DNA of 63,759 bases, filler included, from Reticulomyxa filosa (Eukaryota; Protista; Foraminifera), in NCBI GenBank assembly GCA_000512085.1. It is 14 parts of 14 records of this genome, joined end to end, with 100 filler letters (N's around TTAATTAATTAA, not from the genome) between each part and the next. Parts side by side here need not be neighbours in the genome. Positions count along the whole stretch, not along the records: positions 56,237 to 60,872 come from ASPP01023193.1; positions 60,973 to 62,131 come from ASPP01014112.1; positions 62,232 to 63,759 come from ASPP01028149.1; 11 more parts are not named here. One strand, written 5' to 3'. The notes under the pieces are model-generated. The model was given only the letters and a program-made list of their open reading frames with translations, searched no databases and was not told the DNA's origin. Positions 56,137 through 63,759 of the stretch are shown piece by piece (positions within the stretch are counted from its first letter, which is position 1; the number at the start of each line of letters is the position of its first letter). The translations under genes and the position numbers were made by a program.

Positions 56137-57989
56137 NNNNNNNNNNNNNNNNNNNNNNNNNNNNNNNNNNNNNNNNNNNNTTAATTAATTAANNNNNNNN
56201 NNNNNNNNNNNNNNNNNNNNNNNNNNNNNNNNNNNNGAAGTTGTCATCATTTTTATAAGCACCTTTCTAATTGCTTTGGGGAATGGCTTGCTTATATAGT
56301 ATGACCTTTGTTTCGGCAGCAATCGCTCTATTTGAATTTTTTTTTTTTTACTTTTGTGTTTTGTACGACGAAAAATTGTACTTTATATGTATTTTGATTA
56401 TTATTATTTTTTATATTCTTCAGCATAGAAAAAAACGCAAGTCTTTGACAAGATAATTTATTTTGTCTTAAAACAAAGTCTTAGACGAGAAGTTACACCA
56501 AGACAAGACAAAAGCATTAAGTCAATTCATCAACTGGGGACATTTCAACTCAGACCCTTCTGTGGTTGTTACGAGGTAAACATTATAGAAAAAAAAATGG
56601 AACCACACCTTTTTTGAGCACCTTTTCAGCTGTCTTCACATTTTTCAACAAAAAATTAGTTTTAACAATTTTTTGGTGTCTTTTTTACGTTTTTAAATTA
56701 GGAGAAATTAAGGAAAAAGTGTGTTAATAATTGCTTTTTGAGTGGTTGGTTTTTTATTCGCTTTGTCTATTTTGAGCATTTTGCTGTTTCTCTTTTTGGT
56801 CTACGTGAGTGAATACTCTAGAAAAAAAATTCTTTCTTATTTTAACAACCATGAGCCAGGTTAAATTAAATATCAATATTGAACTACTTAATTGAAATGT
56901 AGGGTCATTTTTGATTCAAAAAGAAAATGCGAAACAAGAGATTTTGCATTTCAGCTACATATATTTCAAAATCTTTATTGACTAGTTTTAAAAAATATAT
57001 CATCATAAGCAATTTTTGTTATCTTGTCAAGCCATTGACATTTCTCTCAAATGAAGCCTTTAATTATACTTATATATTGTACCTCTTCAAAAACAAAGCA
57101 ACGTCAGCTTAAAATAGAATAACAATAAGTAGAAACTAATGTCTCTAACAAACATCTCAGTCAGACAATACAAAAACGGACTAAATTATCAAAACACTTT
57201 CATAATCTCCATGAAGTGACTTTTTGTTCTTTATTTGTATTTTTTTTTTCCAACAGACAAGATTGCATTTTGGATCAAAAGTATTTCTTACGGAATCTAG
57301 CTCATTATAACTGCCACAAACGAGGATTTCTGCACGAGAAAGATATTTTGCATAGCAGTAAATTACTCAAACATAAACTTTTTTGTAGTTATGAGAACAA
57401 CAAATTCAATAATTAAATTGGTGTCTCTTTTGCTTTTTTTAAACGAAGACAACAACTTGTTATTCAACGACTTAAACAAAAACAAAAATTTTCTTTCTTT
57501 GAATTATTTTTAAGCTACTCTGTGGGAAAAAAACTACATATTTTTCCAGATTGAAAAAAAAATTGCGAAATTTCTTAAGAAATAATGTAATCACAAACAT
57601 ATCATTTCCTTTTGAAGAAATTGGAACATAGATCAAACAAGGAAGAACGAAAAGTCAATCACTTTCTTTAAAGTATTCAGTATAATATATTTATATTAAG
57701 TGTTTGCCAATTACAGAAAATATAGTCATGTTTATTTTTACTCCAAAAAATTAGAGTATATATAAAAACTTCAATTAAAATTGGAGTGAAAAAAATTAAT
57801 CTGCATTACATTTTTTTTAAGTAAAGACTATAATCAAAATTAATATTAGAACAAACTGATTTTGATGTCAGCTTAGTTGTCTTGCTCAAATACGCAATTT
57901 TTTTGTTTTTTTAAAAAAAAAGATGAATTTTACAACAACACAAATTTAGAAAGGAAAAAAAGTGGAGAATACTATCAGCGATAACAGCA

Positions 57990-60872
57990 TCGTACCAGTC
58001 GTCGTCATGTCGTATTGATTGTCAATGTGTACGTGTAATTGCTTCCACTGTCCAACAGGCATGCTTCGATTAAACTGTCCAACTAGTCCTCCTGTCTGGC
58101 CACAATGTCTTCGCAGTAGTGATGCACGCCCAGACAGTCCATGCTCGTGCAGTTCCATTTGATGTTGTAATACTCGGTCACGTTTTCGTTAGTCACTTAT
58201 GCAGGGAAGTTGAAGATAGATCGTGCGGACAGTGTGATATTCGGGTTGAAGTACACACCCGAGTATTGAATGCCGCCGGCATACGTCACTGGCGGTGGTA
58301 ATATGGTCAGAGACATGTATTCCGTGGTTGATATCGACTGATCCTTTGGATGCGTTGCCGTCACTGCAAACACATAACGTGTCACGTAGTCCAACTCGCC
58401 CGCCTGCACAAACAATGTCGTCACGTTGGTGGATGTCACATTCAGTGAACGTAAGTTAAGGGCATCCTTGGCCAAACTTGTCGTTTTTCCATTGTCGATC
58501 GCTTGGAATGGCGTCACAATATTATGTTTATCCAATTCACACATACATAATTTTTTATTTATGCATACAAATATATGTGTATATATTATGTCTTTTTCAA
58601 TGTGAGCTTTGCCATGAAATACGAGTCACATCGATATTGTTGGACACGGTTTGATCAAAGCTCGAAAAAGACACTCGGACGGAAAGAGGCACGAAATCAA
58701 TGTCCTTTTTTTCGGGATACAAGACGTAGTAGTGGTAGATGCTTCCGTCCACGTAAACGGTTGGCGCGTAGGAATTGCCCGCGATAATGACGGTGATGGA
58801 AGTGGTGTTTCGAGAGCCAAACCAATTGGTCACAGTCAGACTCACCCACAATACTGAGCTGGTCACCAGCGATGAGACTAACGTGTTGCTCACGTGCAGC
58901 GCTTTTTCATCCAATGCAACATCATTCTGTATCAATGTGTCATCCAAGTTCGTCAATGTGCTACCGTTTGTTACACTCCACGAATACTGCAGACTCTTTC
59001 CTGACCCTCCCAATGAACTGTCTGCGAACAGATTCACATCATTACAGTTCGATATGTATGTTGACCCTGAGATGCGAACTTGAACCAATGGATACGAACT
59101 TGGTCCAGTTACTGTTTTTTTTTTCACAGTTATCCCTTCACTCATTCTGTCTTCTTCATAAAGTACAGATTATTGTACAGGACGTAAATGCAACATAAGA
59201 GGCATATAATCAAGTTATACACATGTGTGTGTGTGTAATGTATATCTGGCCGTCTTACCTAAGGCGAAAAGCTTGGTTGAATCTCTTTGTTTCAACACAT
59301 TGCTGCAGTCAATTCCGATGGTGTCCGTCAAAATTTGCAAGGTAGATGAGCCGATGACCAACGAGTTTTGCCTGTCGAGTAGAATGAGCAAGATGGCTGC
59401 GGATTGCCAAGAGCAAAGTTGCTTGCCACCGTCCCGCTGTTACTTCTATTTTTTGTACATAACGTATATATACATTGTATATATATATATATTGTATACA
59501 CATATATACATATTTATCTATATGTGTATATATTTTTAGTTAGAGAGAGTGAGTGTGCTTTAAGCTGAGAATGTAGACAAAGCATTACTAGCACTATTTG
59601 TGATGGAGGCAATTTCTGTCGATGTCACGTTGATTGCATAGTATTCGCAAGACATAGGAATCTCCGGATATGGCTTTGACATCGTTGAAAGCGACAAAAT
59701 TGCTTAATTGATAGGTAATTTTCACATTGGCTCGGGACAATCAATGGTTGGGATGTTGAAATATGTGTCCCAACTAAAGTACTCTGCGAGCAGTTGTTTG
59801 GTAGTTACTTGATTGGTTGTGTCGGTACATTGCAAGGACGTCGTCTGGGCACTCACCACATAGCTAACAATGATGATATAATTGAATTGCATCAAAGAGA
59901 GAAATGGCACTGCCTTGGCCGGGGTCAGTTTAAGCGTTTTAATCGAAACTTGCAATAGTGCCTGTCGACAATAGGTCTGATAAATCAAATCCTCTAACAC
60001 CTTGTCGACGGTTATCTTCATCACAAATTCGTTGGTATAGAGCTTCGGTTGCAGCGTAGGGACCGGAGTGGTTATAAAGCTCGGCGCTGTGGTCAGAGGT
60101 TTGGTAGAATGCTTGATCGGATGTCTTGTTGGATGTCTGGCTGGTGGTTTGGTTGGAGCTTTGGTAGGACGATAAGTAGGAAATTTGTCGGAGGCTTGGT
60201 AGGAACCCCTGATGGACGATGGGTTGGAGCTTTCGTCGACGGTTTTGTGGGCGGCTTTGTGTGTTATTTCGTCGGATGCCTCGTGGGTGGTTTCGTTGGC
60301 TGTCTTGTAGGTGGCTTCGTATGTGACTTTGTGGGCTGCCTTAATGGATGTTTCGACGGGCTTTTGGTCGGATGTCTCGACGGCGGCTTGGTTGGCTGTT
60401 TGCTTGGATGTCGCGATTGTCGATTAGTCGGGTGCGCAGTGGGCTTTTGAGTTGGACTATGGGTCGGATTCCTCGAGGGGTGTTTGGTTGGATCATTGAT
60501 CGGAACCGGGGCATTGGTCGGATGACGCGTCGGAAGCTTGGTGGGATATCCAGTGTGGACTTTGGAAGGCAAATTCGTCGGGGCTTTTGAAGGATGACAC
60601 ACGGGGCCCTTGATGGATAATGCACGGGCGCCTTCGAAGGAGTACGAGTAGGTGTTCTTATGGGCCTAGTGGTTGGATGTTTGACGGGGGAATGCGTGGG
60701 GACTTTGTTGGAAAGCGAATAGGCGCCTTTGTGGGAAATTGAGTCGTGGGTGTGATGGAAGAATGCGTTGGAAAAAGAGTAGGAGCTTTGATAGGGGAAT
60801 ATGTGGGAGGAAAGGTCACTTGTTGCAACCGACGAAACATGGCATGCGTTGACTCAACGTGTGATAGTGGGG
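57990..60872 (-). pseudogene. REJ/polycystin-like extracellular protein with a PT(xx)-repeat mucin stalk; disrupted
   Basis: PTKxPTRH repeats at 60050-60800; REJ-like VRISGSTYISNCNDVNLFADSSLGGSGKSLQYSWSV and SLTVTNWFG; in-frame stops at 60264, 58197 and about 58084, plus frameshifts. Confidence 0.75.
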
Positions 60873-60972
60873 NNNNNNNNNNNNNNNNNNNNNNNNNNNN
60901 NNNNNNNNNNNNNNNNTTAATTAATTAANNNNNNNNNNNNNNNNNNNNNNNNNNNNNNNNNNNNNNNNNNNN

Positions 60973-61009
<37 letters not shown>

Positions 61010-61039
61010 AAAAATATAAAAAAAAAAAACACAAAACTT

Positions 61040-62092
61040 TTCTCTTTTTTTTTTTGTTTTGACATCTTGGTTTTGGGATGCGGATGGGTCTTGAGACTGC
61101 AAAGAGCTGGGTTCAGCTGGCAATTCGGTCGCAACGGTGGGTTGTTGTGGAGTGTCGGTTGTGATTGGAATGGACAGGACGGGCGAAAGATTTTCTTCTT
61201 CCTTTTTCGCCGTCTCTTCCATCGTCGTTTGTGCTACTGAGTCACTCGCAGAAGTTGCAATTGGCTCATTTGTTTTTGCTTCTTGCACAGTGGTATGTGT
61301 GGTATCCACATTCACGTGGACAGAACTTGATGAGTCCAATTGATGTTTCGTATTGTCCTCATTGGTATTCTCACGATTGTCTTGCTGTTCATGTTCAGTC
61401 GCATTCTCATTCTCATTCTTATTGTCATTGTCATTCTCATTCTCATTTTCATTCTTATTTTCATTTTCATTTGCTTTCTTGTTCTCTTCGTCCTCGTTCT
61501 CATCTTCCACCTCATCATTTTCATCTTCTTTCGACTGCCACAAGCGCGGAATATTGTGCTTCACTCGACAAATGTCCATATTCTTTGCAAAGTATTCATA
61601 ATGGCTGTCGTCTTGAAGTCGGTCCACATCGTTGCACGTGAACACAAAATTCAATTTCTCCGCTTTCTAAAATGGACAACAAGACAAACACAAAAAGCCT
61701 TTGTTTTTTTTATCTGAGTTATTGTTATTCACATAATTCATATATCAATATATATATATATTATATATATTATATATATTATATATATGTGTATATATAA
61801 TTAAATGTATTCTCACTTGGATTTGCAGCTTCAGTGAATTTCGATCATTACATTTCATAAGTGACCAGCTTTCATAACAACTGTCGTTAATATCCGCTAA
61901 TTTGTAAATATTATCTGCCAGTATTTTTCTATTTAATGCATAGCGTATCCATGCGCGTGCTTTGCCGATGTCGTTTAGCATACGCGCTTTGATGTCTTTG
62001 TTTAGTGCTGTCCAAGACTCGTGCAAAGGTCCAGGGGCGTTTCCCACATTTGATATTATTGTTGCAAGTGTCACTTTCGAAAACCATCCCTC
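61040..62092 (-). CDS. RUN-domain protein (internal part)
   Basis: DIGKARAWIRYALNRKILADNI..CYESWSLM..KLNFVF. Confidence 0.85.
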
Positions 62093-62237
62093 TTTAGTTA
62101 TTACAACAATATTTTTTTTTTTTTTTTTTTTNNNNNNNNNNNNNNNNNNNNNNNNNNNNNNNNNNNNNNNNNNNNTTAATTAATTAANNNNNNNNNNNNN
62201 NNNNNNNNNNNNNNNNNNNNNNNNNNNNNNNCATCGT

Positions 62238-63587
62238 TCACATAACGATTGCTTTTGGAGACATTGTATTGCTTTTTGTCCTTGTATGTTTCGTTACGTT
62301 ATTGCTTTGGTTCTGCAGATTAATATTGTCCTTCGGATCATTGTATGTATCGTTCATGTTCTTGTAACTACATTTTTTATTAACTGTAAAACGATTGTCT
62401 CTATCGTATGTATTTTTCTGTTCATAATACCTTTTATTACCTTTTGAATAACTTCCCCTTGATGTTGTTTGTTCAAATTTTTGTTTTCGATAGAATAGAT
62501 GCTTTGCTTGTCTTTCTTCATCGAATATGTGCTGTATGTTTTCCAGAGAAGTTTCTGTTTCATTCAATGTTGCTGAATTTTGTTCGTACACCAGTCGTCG
62601 CAAGATTCCAACTAACGACCCTAGCAACGATTCCATTAATCTTTCATCAGATAGTTTCAACCTCTTTCTTGCTGGAACATTACATTCTGCTGCGTATTAC
62701 AACTCCAACTTTAACGCAAACTTCACTTGTTTCAATCTGAGTAAAATATCAGCTTGTCCATCGTGATATCTTGTATTAAATTGAAGCAGGTCCAATGTCC
62801 TTTCTGGTACTTGATATTTGACTCCAAACATTTTACACATCCAGTACATCAATAAGCTGAATGTATTAATATTTTCTGCAAGTGCCATTTCTTGAATATC
62901 ACTATCCATAAATTGTGAAACTACATATTTTTTACAAAATTCGTCTGGAATTTGATATGTCGCTTTCCAAGATAAAAGTTTTCTTCGCCAACTTGGAAAC
63001 TAGTCTATATCTCCCTTGAAGATATAGTGAAATCGATTTGCTGATTACATTGCCAACTTCGTCAAATCATTGTCTGAATATCGAATGCACAGGTCTACCG
63101 TATAATCATTTCGTGATTGCTCAACATAAGGCTGCTCACTCAACTGTTTCGTACAAAGAACACCGAAATTCGACATGGAGCCCAATTTGACATCATTTTT
63201 GTCTTGATGTTTTTGCTCCATAATATCGTGTGATCCCTTTTGCTCCAACAATTGTGTTAGCTTCTTTACCTGTTCATCCAACATTGCTACTTGCTTTTTT
63301 AACGCAAGTTGATTATTGATTTCAATACCAATAACCGACTAGATCTCATTGTTGCTTTGTTTGCTTTTGTCTTGTGTTTCAACCCGATTTTACATTGGTG
63401 ATACGTACAAGTTAAGCTTTGTTGATACAAATGCTTGATCATCACTAATGTTATTTGTTCTTGAACGAATACTTTTGCAATTTGATGATAACCTTAACTT
63501 GGAAACTGCTTCAGATTTGTTAGGTCTGGCTGTTTCTCCTATTTATACAATTTTTGTTTTACCATTTGGTGATTCATCTTTGCGATT
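62238..63587 (-). mobile_element. Decayed retrotransposon gag-like ORF
   Basis: One intronless frame of about 450 codons: coiled coil, then FKGDID*FPSWRRKLLSWKATYQIPDEF (capsid-like F.G...F..W), then a basic N/K/Y tail; six internal stops. Confidence 0.6.
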
Positions 63588-63759
63588 TCATCTTCACTCG
63601 GCAATGTATTTCCAGATTGAGCTGATGCAATTTTTTTTTTTTCCGTTCGAAACACATTGGGTGCCAAATGTGGGGCGTCAGCTGGAAGAGGTTATACTAA
63701 ATGTAATACTAAAATGGTTTTACTCAAGAAACCAGTGTTCGGTAAAACAAAAGTGAATT

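Noticed and set aside
56430-56520. GTCTT/AAGAC short repeats as a hAT subterminal region
   Set aside because: No TIR pair, 8-bp target duplication or transposase could be identified.

Overview
This window is not one locus. It is 14 short contigs of an AT-rich, intron-containing eukaryotic genome, joined by 100-nt N-TTAATTAATTAA-N spacers, so adjacency across spacers carries no meaning. The WD40 family with a 'WIRILNIKIGW' leader, the kelch-like pseudogenes, the 42-aa TPR array, the RGS protein and the (TA)n-rich introns suggest a rhizarian, probably the foraminiferan Reticulomyxa filosa (inference). Recognisable genes are AlaRS, ERCC1, an FHA-Macro-HIT-ZnF aprataxin, a carbonyl reductase-like SDR, RGS, calmodulin-like, RRM, FBPase, a PH-domain protein, TAF10, a HECTD1-type discoidin plus SPRY protein, the end of a ubiquilin, RBBP4/MSI1, a CCDC33-like C2 protein, PP2A B56, WD40s, a REJ/PT-repeat pseudogene and a RUN protein. 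Mobile and decayed DNA includes a Tc1 (DD34E) family with TIRs and a MITE-like derivative, a gag-like remnant, and SF2 helicase, ubiquitin-like, kelch and WD40 pseudogenes. The most striking observations are (i) a U2 snRNA-like sequence lacking the 12 nt that carry the branch-point recognition motif, (ii) genome-wide degenerate splice signals (GTT donors, A-rich acceptors), and (iii) a TPR array with hypervariable ligand-facing positions. Several frame breaks fall at homopolymers and are probably sequencing errors. All protein calls come from motif recognition by eye; no searches were run.
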